This document shows positions 1-13,049 of a stretch of 64,000 bases of DNA, piece by piece. How positions within the stretch are numbered: position 1 is the stretch's first letter; every line of letters starts with the position of its first letter. Origin of the DNA: Takakia lepidozioides (Eukaryota; Plantae; Bryophyta). The stretch is taken from NCBI GenBank assembly GCA_030704615.1, contig CM060734.1, positions 15,500,001-15,564,000 on the forward strand. The letters are read 5' to 3'. Made by a program: the position numbers and the translations under genes. The notes under the pieces are model-generated. The model had not been told where the DNA came from and searched no databases. It worked only from the letters and a program-made list of their open reading frames with translations.

Positions 1-777
1 GGTGATTGGACGAACTTGGTTTACTTGACATAGAAGCTGCCAAGTGGGGACACCAATTACATTCCATAAGCCTGCGAGTGACTAGCTCAAACTCTGGTTT
101 TTCATCGCATTGTTCCAGCTGACACAGTTGCGGACTCTCCATAACACTCTTCTCCCGAATATGCACAAACAGGTAGCAACATCCACCTTTCTGTGTGGAC
201 CCTTGCTAGCTTAATCAACCACGTGGACAAGGCTGCCAAAATTGCTAGCCAGGACTTCTAGGACAGAGCACATTAGTGAACCAAGTCCTATGAGTAGATT
301 CTATGGCCCCCTCAAATTAAAAAAAACAACTGTTCATACAGTCAACCGTTAGTTGATGGATGTAGTGCTCCAGGAAAGTAGTCTGTGCAATCGCTGAGAG
401 ACTATACTGTTGACCACAACACAAACTGTATTACGAGAAATTCATTGAAACTCTCATTGCTCCCTTGCCTTCACATACATCATGCCCAGGGTCACGGGCG
501 AGACCGACTCAAACAAGGAACGCTCTCTATGTTTCAAAACAACCTTGCTTACAGTTGCGCTTACAAGACCACTGTTACACTGGCATTTCCTATTGCAATA
601 GGGGAGGAACGAACTGCAGAAACCTTCAGAACTCCGATCATTAAAGAACCTGATGAACAAAGAAGAGACCCTCATGTCCCGAGGGAGAATAGTCCAAAGA
701 AAGACACAAACATAATCCTTGAAAACAAACCAAAGAAGGACATTCCAAGATGGCAGGTACAGATTGAACTAACTTAC

Positions 778-3700
778 TCTCAGGTCAACCAGCTTTTCAC
801 GGATTTGCATGTATCCCAAATGCAGCTTCCCGCCGAAGTGGTCCGCCAACCGCCGATCACTGGAATGTTAAGACCAAGGAACCAGCCATGATGAACAATC
901 TACTATTCATCTCTAAAGTACGCATACTAGAGAACATCGAGTGCTACAATGCGAGAGTGGAATCGGCTTGCAAGGACCCACATTTCAATTTCCTTTCCAT
1001 CTATCTCAACAAAATACTCTTGCCTGGTTTGCTGTGGATGCTAGTTTGCTATAGATGTTACTAAATACTAAGCTTCGTCAGTACCAAAGGTGCACCAGGA
1101 TTCTGTTGACGATTAAAAAGATAAAGAACTCAATTGTTGATTCAACCATTTTAGAAGTGAACATGACCTACCACTAGGCCATGTTGAGTAGGTCACATTG
1201 ACGTGTAAATGCTACTGCTAAGTATTGATGAAAGCAAAAAAATAGTTCAAATGTTGGGAAGTTGGATGATAAAAAAGGGCTTGGAGAAACTAATGATGAG
1301 AGAAACTTATTCAATGTTGCCATCTGATGTCTTCACTGGAAAAAGTTACTTGTTCTTAAGGATGTAGAACCCCAAGCCAAGCTTCCAAACAAACTTTTGC
1401 ATCAAAACATGCCAAGTTCAAGACCCAGCTTAACAGAAACGGCTTCCAAAAAGAATGCCCAACGACTCTATGATGTGCGAAGTGAAAGACATGTGTAAGC
1501 AGAAAACTGAGCTGCATAATACATACAGTCAACATGGTGGAATGCCATCATCATCTTGAAAGACCCATAACAACTCTGCTGCCAAACACCAACGTTGGTG
1601 ATTAACGTGGGGTATATTTGTACACACTTCTAGGCTCGGGAGAACCAAATGTTCACCCTCAACAAGAATAGCCAGAATGTTCCTTGACACAGGCTTTTCT
1701 CAGTTCCAGATGCCCTAGGATAATATTAACATGGTATATCATCGTAAGCTGTGGCTTCACAAGTGCCTTAACCAGCAACCAGATGGTTACAACACTTCCC
1801 GGATCCAAAAGATCAGCAAGCAACATGGTCAAACACAAATGAGTGCAAATTCAAAAAGCAATAACATGACTAAAACCTGTTTTACCTGTCATAGATGCTC
1901 AAGAACGCTCCACAGATGTCACAGACTCGAAGCTTCTGGTCGGCCTGCATGGACTCAGTACCTTAGAAACCATTTCTAAGCTAGAACTCCACAAATTTGC
2001 TGGCTACAGTACTTTCCTCCTCTATTTGTTCTACAGTTGAGTTTACAACCATTAAGTCCCTCTGCCGGTGGTTATCTGTATTCACGCACTTGAATCATCG
2101 TCCAACTGCAGCTGCCATGCCCATAAGTGGGTATTATCTCTGCCAGCTGCAAGAAATTCACCCACATATGCTAGTACAAAGAAACCTAATTGGTGAGCTA
2201 CCGATAAAGAAACATGCTTACAATCATAGAGTTTACTTAAGCCTCAGCAATAAATCAGAAACAGTTTTACAGAGAAGAAAACACCACATACAATACGGAC
2301 ATCAGGAGCGAGTAGCTTGGCGGGATCCATTACTGCCTCTTGTCTTGCTCCAAGCTGCCAATCAAGCTGTCAGCACCAGTCTCTTCCCTCATTGTCAGAA
2401 CATCAGTGTACAAGGAATTGAAATTCACACATCACCTTGACCATTACAAAACGACAAATGTTCAGATACACACGTTTGTTGTTTACGCCTGCAGAACAAT
2501 TTCCCGTAAAATGAATGTCTGCCGGTCATGTCCGAATGTTGCATGGATGCTTAAAACAGGAAGACAAAACTTACTTTTTTCAAAGCCTCTGCCTCCTCCA
2601 TGGCTTTCTGTGCCTCATCCACCATCCCTAGCTCACCTGCCCACATCAGCCTCATTGTTTTGTCACCTGTTATACTCTACAATACAATCAATCAGAGGTG
2701 CCCTCCAATTATTCAAATCCTGGAAGAAACCCAAAGCAACCAACATTAAGCCATTAGGTCCTATAGAACAAAAGAATAAACTCTTTTTCACATAATTCAC
2801 AGAAAGAACTGACCAAGTTCCTCTGCTTTCTTTAACTTCTCCTTTATCATTTCTTGTGTCCTTGCATCAGGAGGTAGCACCACCAACATTGGCAAGGGTG
2901 CCAATGGAGGGGGGGTTGAGAGAGGTTGTGGCATCAATGCACGGTCTTTGTTGAAGGCCTCCAGTAGTGACATAGCCTATACACCAATCCAGACATTTCA
3001 TCAGGAGACTAATACCCCAACAGGAAAGTACATAGAGTACGTCAGAAAGCATTGAAAGTACAGAGAGTGCTGGACTTAACTCATCAACACGTGTAGAAAA
3101 TTATTTTGTTTGTACATTTGTGGTAGTGAGCGAGGGAAGAAACAAATATGCAGACTCTATAATCTCCACAAAAAGCCCTAACAGCATGGGACAAGAACAT
3201 GAGAACCCTAGAAAACCAGGTGCAAGGGGGCCAACCATTTCTAGTCAGCAAAACTAGAGAGAGAGTGGGTTACGTAGCATGAACACAATGTGTGGTGTTT
3301 ACCTCTCTTTAACGAGGTCAGACAGCCTAATTTAGGCACCATCAAAACTGTCTCTACCCAGATCTGCCTCCCTACCTCCCTTTGCATGTCCTTGCTGGAA
3401 AACCAGTTTTCAGGTCTATATGGGGCAATCAGATGCATAATAGGAAGGCCCTTCTCACAAACAGATCTGCCTATTCTATTGTTGCCTTACGAAGCAACAA
3501 TAGAAGTAGGAAGTGCACTGCAAGTGAGCAGCTTTCTCATATCTGCAAAACATCCAGCTCTGTGATTTCAGACAAGAACTCAAAAATTCTTAGAAGAAGA
3601 GTGTCCCTCACCTGCACCCGTCCCAAAAACACCACAAGCATATGAAGTGGGTTAGTGAGGATGTGCAAGGTGAACGGCAGGCCCTCTTGCATGCTATAGA

Positions 3701-6700
3701 TTTCCAAAATGAACAAATAAGTATCCTGTCCAATAGCAGAGCATAAACCCCACTGTGGTACAAAACCTGCAAGGGAGTCAAAAGGAGTGGGTCACTTAGG
3801 TAGTGATCCCTGTGGAACCCCCTGCTTAAACCATAGAAGTAGGAAGTGCACTACAAGTGAGCAGCTTTCTCATATCTGCAAAACATCCAGCTCTGTGATT
3901 TCAGACAAGAACTCAAAAATTCTTAGAAGAAGAGTGTCCCTCACCTGCACCCGTCCCAAAAACACCACAAGCATATGAATTGAGTTAGTGAGGATGTGCA
4001 AGGTGAACAGCTGGCCCTCTTGCATGCTATAGATTTCCAAAATGAACGAATAAGTATCCTGTCCAATAGCATAAACCCCACTTTGGTACAAAACCTGCAA
4101 GGGAGTCAAAAGGAGTAGGTCACTTAGGTAGTGATCCCTGTGGAACCCCCTGCTTAAACCACTTCACCAATGTCATCCCTGCACAAGGTCATACTAGCAA
4201 AGAGAAGAGAGCTAAGGGAGGTCCTTTCAGCCATTTCAGCCAGCAGTAGGCTCAGCAGCATCAATATCAGCCCATGCTCCAGAGGGAGGGGGTGGTGGTC
4301 TCATGACAGTAAGCACCCATTCCCAAAAGGGAGGTGTTACTAGGCCATGTGCTCGAGGCACATATAGAGGTTCTTGATTTGGAAAATTATTCAGAGATTC
4401 AACTTAGAGCTAGTCAAGTCCATGTAAGTTCCTCCTAGTGTCCACTCTCTTTGTGTTGCCACACTAAGCACATAAAGAGCCTGAAAGAGTACCTTGCTTG
4501 AAGCCATAGTTCAGTAGTAAGGTGACTGCTCCTTCAGCTCTCATCTACCCTCTTCCAACTGAGAAGAGCAGCAAGGCCTTCTAACCTTATGGGGCAGCTG
4601 CTGTAGGTTAAGACTAGGGAACACCCTAATGAGTCATTCTAAGGAGTCATCCCGTTCTCCGTTTTTCCATTCTGTTCTAAGCAAAAAATTCTGAACAGAA
4701 TAACAGGATCAGGCAATTCTTGAGTGCTGTTACAAAGAGCCACATTCAAGGAAAGAGAGAGGGAGAGAAAAGACACAAAAACCCCCATTACTAGTAGGCT
4801 GTAATGGGAAGTTTCTCTGCTTTCTGTTGCTGGACTTGGAATGGCATGCAGCTTGACTTCCTGGCTACTCTTAATCCCACTGGTGCCCATACTTGATGCC
4901 AAGTGAACAGGTCAGCTTGTCTTGGTCGACCCTCCCAGACTTGTGAGTGTTACAATCTTTGCACTCATGTGCTCCAGGGGCTGAATGTCTTATGCCACCC
5001 CTCCCACTTTGGTTAGGGTTTCTTCCCTGGGCAAGAGTTTTGCTCAACAACCCTCCTCTCGTCTACATGCACTAAATGGTTTCTCTTCCGGTTGGCCCTG
5101 CCAGGGTCAGCATTTCTTGGCTTGCCAAATGCAGTAACTTAGAACCCACCCTAAACTGGTTCTAACCGGTTTTTCGCTTTATGCATATGATCTGGGGTGC
5201 TTTCCATTTCCTTGCTAAAAAGAAAACTGTAGAGAAAAGGTGAAAGATATTTAACCTCCAAATAAAACAACTCTAAAAGGTAAAAACCCAAGCCTGAAGG
5301 GTGAGGACACACCTGTTTATCTGCTCGCTTAGAACGAAGATCTTCCACTTCCTCCATTATCCGAATTTTGTCGTCTGCTTTCCCATCCAGATCTACAAAA
5401 CCAGTGCACAGAAAACAACATCTGATTCAGCTGAGAATTGTTAAGTCCCTAGCACGATAACAGCTGACCCTACTTACTTGGTGCATACAAGCACAGCAGA
5501 AACAAGGTACAAACACTTGCTTTCAAAGAGATGGATTGGCATGTTAGCTTTCCATAAGGACAGACTGACCCATGTACTCCGCAGCTTTCATCTTCTCCTT
5601 GATTTGCCTTGTGTACTCCAAAGCCTCTGGTGACTGAAGCATGAAAGCAGCAACCCAATGTAAGACGAATGCATTAACCTTCATGAAATCACCATAATTC
5701 CAACTTCAGACACCTGAACACAGGACAGGGTCACCACTGATCATGCTCACATGCACATTGAAAACTCCTCTTGTTGATCTTCAAAACCAACACGTCTAAA
5801 GGAATGCATAAAAACTACTGCATGCCACTTCCAAAATTCATAGAAATCTCCTCATAATCATTTGGTTGGTAACCCACAGGCCAGCAACAACCTCAGCTCC
5901 ACAACCAGAGACAGCTGGTGACTCTTCACACTCACAAAGATAAGAGTACCTCTTCTTTCATCGAAACAAAGCACGGGAATCTACGGCCATCAAGTACATG
6001 TTTTGATGTTCAAACATGTTCAGTGACCAAAGACATGTTCGAAGACATGTGGCCAAAGACATGTTCGAGTGTTCATGTTTTGATGTGAATGGACAGTTAT
6101 GCTAATTTATCCAACTAACGTATTTACCAAATCATGTCAACCTTTAATGCTGCAACCACTGAAAGCAGTCTCCTGGTGTGTTGAACAGTGTTCAAGAACT
6201 CAAAAGAAACAGCCTATAAACAGTTGTTCTTGTTGTTGGTCCTCAAATCTACCACACAAGACAGTGAGGGTGGGCACCAATTTTGACCCACTTGTTGCTG
6301 AGCCTAGATTAAGCACAATTCTCTTCAGCTGAGAGGGGGAAGGGGACAGAACACTGACCTTGGTAACTTCAGAGACTGCGATAGCAGTGGCGGCTCCGGC
6401 ATCGTCATCCTCCAGGCGTTTCAGGGCACGCTGAATCTTGCGGTCACATTCAATGATATGCTTCTCCAAGCAGTCCTCTAGGTCCCTGTCGTAGTTGTCC
6501 TTTCCTTTTGCTTTACCCTCTTCATATCTGTGTTGCATTAAGGTACGACCGCTAGCTGGGCATATTTGAAGCAACTAACATGCACCCTCACAGCACTCAG
6601 GAATCCATTGCACCCATCAGTCACATGTATCTATGTAAGATCCGCACTAAACTTTGAAGTCGCATTTGAAAAGTCACCAAACGAAGAGTCAGAATGCTAC

Positions 6701-8261
6701 CTCCGAATGCAAAACAAGCACATTCCATCATGGAAAGACAGGGCACAAGAAACCCAACATAAGTCATGTATGTTAACAGTCCATTGAGGCATGTACAGCT
6801 AAAAATCACTCGTCAAATTTGAAATAGATGTAACGGTCTAAGATTACTTTATGTACTTCACCAAATTTTCCTAAGTCTTGGACAACTACTTCCCATATAA
6901 GCACCTGACAAGTACAACTTCAGATTTGGTACACAATTAAGCCCTTGTTAGATGACAAGCTGATATAGCAAACAATTGCAATGCCCCTCAAGGCTTACAG
7001 GGATATTTGTGAAAAGTGGAAGGATCAGCAAGTAAGAGCAAGGTACTGCAGTCTAGAACTGCAAAAACTTTTCTTACCATTGCATCTGACAAGGATACTC
7101 TCTTCGAAGTTGTAAGGAGTGGACCTTGGAGCAGGGTCCTAAATCCATTTTCTGAAACATGACAATAAATGACACTGAGATAGGGGGAATTCAGGCTCAG
7201 GCAAGTCTAGCTCGTGATACATATCATGACATCCAGATAAGACCATGAAATATCAATCGCAAGAAGGTACACCAATAACTAATTAGCCACTCACAACTGA
7301 CAACAAGGGCCTTAATTACTAATTGCTGTGAAATCTCCAAGCTGTAGGTAGGCCTAAATGATGCTACTGAAGCACATATTTCAGCTCACTGTATTCCCAT
7401 ACATAATGAAGTAACTCATGCTAAGGATAGGACTGAAGTCGAAGTTTTGTGACCCTCATTCAATAGGACAACCTTCAGTTCCCACGGACATTGCTGACAG
7501 AGGACATTTCTCCACAATGAGAAAGGCAGAGTAGGTGTAGAAAACACCAGCCTATTCATGGCCCCATACCACAACAAAACTTATGTCGTTTCCAAAAATC
7601 CCCTCAAGGTTGTCACTTTCATACATTTTACACACAAATTTGTTTATGTCCAAAGGATGTACTCATTTGCATAGATTGAACCCCTCTGACGTATCATAAT
7701 CCACAGCTTAATCTCACACGGAGCATCATAAACTACCTCAACATGTACCATACAGAGCACTCCTTACATGGGTTTGACTCGTAGAAATCTCCACTCTATT
7801 TTTCAGACTCTGGTTGCAGCAAGCCGACGATTAATAGTATACCATTAAATTGCATCGACCTATCAGGAGACTCGATCCTCTCACAGGGACGTTTCTCAGC
7901 ACCAGAAGAGCTCCCCAAAACCCAAGAAATGTTGGCTCAAAGACAACTAAAGTTGGCACTGCGTACTGAATAAGGACAATTTGAGCTGGTTGGTCCTGAA
8001 CATTTTTACACCACAAACGAATCTGCCATACTTTGAAGACCCGGTGGATTCCCTCCATCCACAAGTCCCTCACGGCAAGATTCAAGATCTAGACCAGACA
8101 TTCCCAGACCTTACCGTGAGTTGAAAGAGGTCATGAGGGCAGAGTCCAGTCAGGTACAGCCGACACACATCACGGTCATAGTAGTTCCTCTTCACTTCCT
8201 GGACATCTCCATTGCGATTTGCCCCCATCAGCGCATCCAACTGCTTTCTAAAAGCATCCAT
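778..8261 (-). CDS. LUC7: LUC7-family U1 snRNP protein, spliced, 3'-partial (RS-rich C-terminal exons not found in window)
   Basis: Ten GT-AG-bounded exons splice in frame (942 nt, 314 codons): 8115-8261, 7099-7151, 6359-6527, 5570-5633, 5313-5392, 2814-2976, 2575-2636, 2292-2354, 1886-1944, 778-859. Product MDAFRKQLDALMGANRNGD..VCRLYLTGLCPHDLFQLTKMDLGPCSKVH (ZnF1) ... QKLRVCDICGAFLSIYDSDRRLADHFGGKLHLGY (ZnF2). Confidence 0.95.
3500..4161. repeat. Tandem duplication, 2 x ~330 bp, in LUC7 intron 5
   Basis: Units start ATAGAAGTAGGAAGTGCACT at 3500 and 3833 and end CCCTGCTTAAACC; near identical. Confidence 0.9.
6528..7098 (-). other. U12-type (minor spliceosome) GT-AG intron 2 of LUC7
   Basis: 5' site GTATCCTTG (7098-7090). 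Branch site TACCTTAAT ends 9 nt before the intron end (..ACAG), with no polypyrimidine tract. Confidence 0.9.
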
Positions 8262-8631
8262 TATCTTATTCAATCTTACACCGTTGTGCTCAAGATGTTT
8301 TTTTGCTTTGCCGTCACACTTTGAAACCTGGAATCTTTCCTTCTTCCTACTACTACCTTCCACCTTCCTGCAGGTCTGTTCGTCGCTCCGGCCTACACCA
8401 CACTTTTGGGCACTCTGCCGTTTCAAGAGTGTCTCTGCCTATCTCATTGAGAATCTCCGCGTACACATAAAATCACAACGCGGTGTGCTTTCCAGAGCGT
8501 GAGCACCAAACTTGTGAAGGCCACTCTTTCTACCCTAAAGTCGACCTGAAAACCGGCCTTTGACCGGAGGGAAACGGTCACCCCGGGAAGTAATGGACTA
8601 GGTAGCATTCGAGAGGAGCCCCTAACGTACT

Positions 8632-9311
8632 AGTGAAGGCGCCCTCTAGGGCGCATTATGGCTCCTAGTGAGTCACTAGGGCGAGGCCGGAGACCTAGGA
8701 CTCACTAGGAGCCATAATGCGCCCTAGGGGGCGCCTTCACTGGCGTAATGGAATTTTGGGGGCAGATTCTGCGAGGCCCTGATTGGTTGCAGGCCATAAT
8801 GAGCCATTAAAAGTCAATCTGCCGAATAGGAGAGTCAAACAGCCGATTAGGAATGCAGAATGCGCCAGCGCCGTGGAGCGTCGATTTTCTGCTTGCTAAT
8901 TTGCCTAAAAAATGGCAGAATCTGCCCCCAAAATCCTTTATGCGGCTCGGTAGGTCTTGGCTCCCTGCTATATCCGGTAGCAGGGGCTCCTCTGGAGCGC
9001 TACCGGACATAACCGGTTTTTAGGGCAGTGAGCCAGTCAGTTTAACCCTTGTACGTATCTAGCACCACCGGATATAGCAGGGAGCCAGGACCTACCGAGC
9101 CGAGTAGGTAGTTAAAATCTAGTAGGTCGTAGAATACCACATATAGCACCCCTCCTCAAATCCAATAAAAACACGCCAAGTCAACGAGGCTGCTCTAAAA
9201 ATCGGTTATGTATAGGGTAATGCCCCCCTCGTGTGGGGCATTCCCGGATTTTCGGGCCTACATCTGGGGTACATCGTATCGCCCTGGGGTCAGGCCCTTA
9301 AATCCGGGAAC
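8632..9311. repeat. Cluster of four consecutive inverted-repeat pairs upstream of LUC7 (MITE/foldback-like)
   Basis: Arms 8632-8674/8699-8741 (43 bp, 1 mismatch), 8753-8772/8915-8934 (20 bp, perfect), 8943-8978/9067-9102 (36 bp, 1 mismatch), and 9241-9251/9300-9311. Confidence 0.8.
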
Positions 9312-9429
9312 GCCTGCGTAAAGAAACGGAGGTTGATTTCTTTTTCTTTCCAGGATTCTACCTACTAGTTTCCAGGACATGACATTTTTATGCTTGTTGT
9401 GTTTTCATTGCTCTGTTTCTGTGCTTTCG

Positions 9430-11940
9430 GCGGGAAGGGAAGCTGTATGCCAAAGCTTCAAAGTGCAAATTCGGGGTCACAAAAGTGGAGTTCCTAGGGC
9501 ATGTGATTACACAGGATGGGATCAAAATGGATGACAGAAAGGTGAGGGCGATCTTAGACTATGAGCCTCCAACTTTGGTCCCGGGAGTGCGATCCTTCCT
9601 AGGACTCGCCTCTTATTACCGAAAGCATGTGAGAAATTTCGCCAAGATCGCGGGGCCGCTGTCAGACCTTCTGTGTAAGTCCAAGGTATGGGTATAGAAC
9701 ACCTTTTGTGGCCAAGCTTTTGCCGAGTTGAAGCAGCGGATGGCGGGAGCTCCAGTCTTGAAAATCCCGGAGTTCGACCGTCCACTTGAGATTCATACAG
9801 ATGCGTCAGACTTCGCAATTGGGGGTGTGCTCATGCAGGATGGACGTCCAGTGGCTTACAAAAGTAAGAAACTGAATGAAGTGGAGCGACGGTGGCCTAC
9901 GCACGAGAAAGAAATGAAGACGGTGGTGCATTGCCTTGAGCTTTGGCGCCACTATGTTGGTTCCAACCCGGTGAAGGTGTTCACGGATAATGTCACGGTG
10001 AAGTATTTTTCCACACAGCCTAAGTTGTCCCCAAAACAACTTAGGTGGCAAGACACTTTGGCAGTGTTCGACGTGGATATCTAGTACAAACCGGGACGGG
10101 ACAATGTGGTGGCCGGTGCTTTAAGTAAAAAGCGGCAGCTCATGTTGGTGTACAGGGGCGAGACGGCACTCCAAAGGAAGATCTGGAAGGCTTACCGGAA
10201 GGATGAGATGGCAAAGTCCGTGATGCGGGACTTGAGGTTGGGGGTTAAATCGTAGTTCCACTTGCACAATGGACTGCTCCGGTACAAGCAAAACCGTCTT
10301 TACGTGCCGAAGGGAGGGATCAGAGATAGTCTCTTGAGATAATGTCATGATGGCCCGCTTGCGGGCCATGGTGGAGCCAAGCGCATCGTGGCACTCTTGA
10401 AGAAAGAGTATTTCTGGCCCAAACTGAGGGATGAGGCCAAGGAGTATGTCAAGACATGCACCACATGCCAACAAAACCGGAGCGAGTACAAAAAGCAAGC
10501 GGGGCTGTTACAACCCTTGCTCATTCTAGAGGGGTCTTAGGAAAGTGTCTCGATGGATTTCATGACTGTTTTGCCGCTGTCAAAAGGATTCGATGCAATC
10601 ATGGTGGTGGTGGATAGGTTCAGTAAAATGGGCCATTTCATTCCCACCAAGGAGACGGCAACGGCGCAAGAGACGGGGCGACTTTACTTCGCCCACGTCT
10701 TCAAGCATCATGGACTCCCGAAGGATATTGTCTCGGACCGCGATCCAAAGTTTACAAGTAAATTTTGGAGAGCACTTTGGAAGAAAATGGGGACGAGGCT
10801 CAAGATGAGCACGGCCTTCCGACCTACAACATTTTGTTTATAAATGAAATGGTTTCCAAATGTTGTGCGTCCTATTTTGTTTGGAATGGTGATGCATGGT
10901 ATGGTTGGCTAGTGTGTAGAATGCATGCTAGCTTACAAAAGTGGGAGAGGTAAATTGGATTAATCGTGTATTTGCGCAGTGCCAAAATCGGGTGACTCCC
11001 ATCCAAGGGGCAAGGAAACTTGCGCCTTCTTTGGGAGTTCACGTGCTAGTGCGCACCTGGCGCATGCGCGTACTATAACTGCGCTACTGAGGGGGTTGTC
11101 TTGTAGTGCAGGCTAACGCGGAAGCTACGTGCTTCCGTTCACGTACTATAATCATATAACCTCGGGACAAAGTCGTAGTGCGGCTTCGGCGTGTTCCCGT
11201 ACCTCAGGCCAGCATTCCAAGGCGGACCCAACTGTAGTGATTGGGGCGCACGGTTGATTCAAGGTTATCTTCCTAGTCAAAAAGGGTTCAAGGTGAACCC
11301 TTGCTCAAGGTGATGCCAAAAAGCGGCATCATGAGCGATCGCAAGCAATATTGTTGCAGTAAGGCGATTCGATCCTCGGGGAGGATCGTTCCTTGCCCTT
11401 GAAGTGGGCCAAGAAGAGTGCACTGGGTGGAGCTAGAGAGGCTCCACCCTTGGCCGGGACTTGGAGGAAGTCGGCCGAACTAGCTAGTGGAGAGTAGACT
11501 CAAGTGGGGGTTTGGTTCGTTGCCATGGGACGCCATGGTACGGAAACAAACTCCTTGATGTGGGACGCCACAACTTGGATGTTAGTTTCTACAAAATGGA
11601 CAAATCGATGAGGACATCGACTCCCTGTTGGTAGGGGTGTGTGTCGCGGCCCTTTGCCTTGAGGGCAGGGGGGTCGGGACACAAGAGGGGCTGCCCCTGT
11701 GGTGGGGGCAGTGGCAACAATAGGTACGGGGCTGAAGCACCCTTGAGTGCCCAAGGCACTCAAGGAGGCGAAGGCGCTCACTAGGTGGAGCCCCGCACAC
11801 CGGGTTGCGGTGGGGCTGGTTCCACGAGGGGTGGTGGTAGCTTAGTGGGTCTTAGTGGGGGTGGCATAGGACTCACTCAGGAGTCAAGGGTCTTCGTGGT
11901 GGTTTGCCATAAAAGGACGGTGTTGTTTGTGAAACCCCTT
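9430..11940 (+). mobile_element. Decayed Ty3/gypsy chromovirus copy (end of RT, RNase H, part of integrase, 3'UTR, PPT, partial 3' LTR); same family as 39692-46660
   Basis: ORF fragments nearly identical to the 1559-aa polyprotein ([17 protein letters not shown]..) with stop codons. PPT GTTGGTAGGGGTGTG precedes the LTR start TGTCGCGGCC at 11642. Confidence 0.92.
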
Positions 11941-11959
11941 CGGATCTCTAGATCACGCC

Positions 11960-12990
11960 CAACTTCTAGCCATTATGACGGACCTAGGATACCCAGCTGA
12001 TGCCATTCAACTCATTGGCAACATCTATACTGGCAGCTCCACAGAATATTCTGGCTCATACTATGGTTCCACCCCCCCCTATCCCAATTCTAAGAGGTGT
12101 TATTCAAGGAGACACCCTAAGCCCATATCTGTTCATCATCTTTTTGGAGCCCCTCCTAAGATGGATTGGTCGCGGCAAATTAGGCTATCGCTACAAAACC
12201 TCCGACAACACCATCTCTGCTGCAGCCTATGCAGATGATCTTGCCGTCCTAGCCCATAACCCTCAACATCTCAATAGACAAGTGGACAAACTATCTCGAT
12301 TCAACCAATGGTCTGGCATGGAACTCAGCCTCCACAAATGCGTTGTCACCGCAGCTACCCATTATAGCAAATTCACTAAGGCTACGACTGCCTCACACTG
12401 TAAGTTGCATATCCACTACCAAAATAAAAACTTCTCCTTCTTAGGCCCTGACGAACCCTACACCTACCTAGGCATACAACTTGTCCCCTCACTTACTTGG
12501 AACCTACAAAAATCCACTACAATCGCTAAACTAACTGACAGAAGCATGGCCAATCTTCAGTTTCTATCCGCCCCAAACTCTCTCTCATTCAAACTGTACT
12601 CAAACCTCAAGTCCAATACTCTTTTCACGCTGCACCCTTCTCCCTCCCAGATATCAAACTAATCGACAAACATTTCATTCAACTCACTAAATGCATATGC
12701 GATCTACCCACCAGCACCCCCAACGCCCTTACCCAACAGATAGCTATGGCATAGGTATATCCCACTAATTACCTCCTACACCCGCACCCTAGGCACACAG
12801 CTACAAGAAGCTCTCAATGACCCTGGATGTCTAGGACTTATCTACAGGGGTCTCCTTCAATTCCTGGCCACTAAATACAATGGCCTTTACTCCCTGCCAA
12901 CCCTTCATCCCCAATCCTGCCACCACTCTCCCACGGCTAGAACTCTATACATCTTACGCCAAATGAACATAAGCATACAAACCGATCTGC
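11960..12990 (+). mobile_element. Non-LTR retrotransposon (LINE) reverse transcriptase fragment
   Basis: GVIQGDTLSPYLF, AYADDL and YTYLGI motifs; frameshifted. Confidence 0.88.
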
Positions 12991-13049
12991 CTGCTTGTAC
13001 CACTATCCATTTTCTATTGTCTCTCTTCTAATGCTAATCATTTGAAGTG

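Noticed and set aside
385-891. 168-aa plus-strand ORF as a gene
   Set aside because: Antisense to a LUC7 exon and its flanking intron sequence; no recognisable motif.
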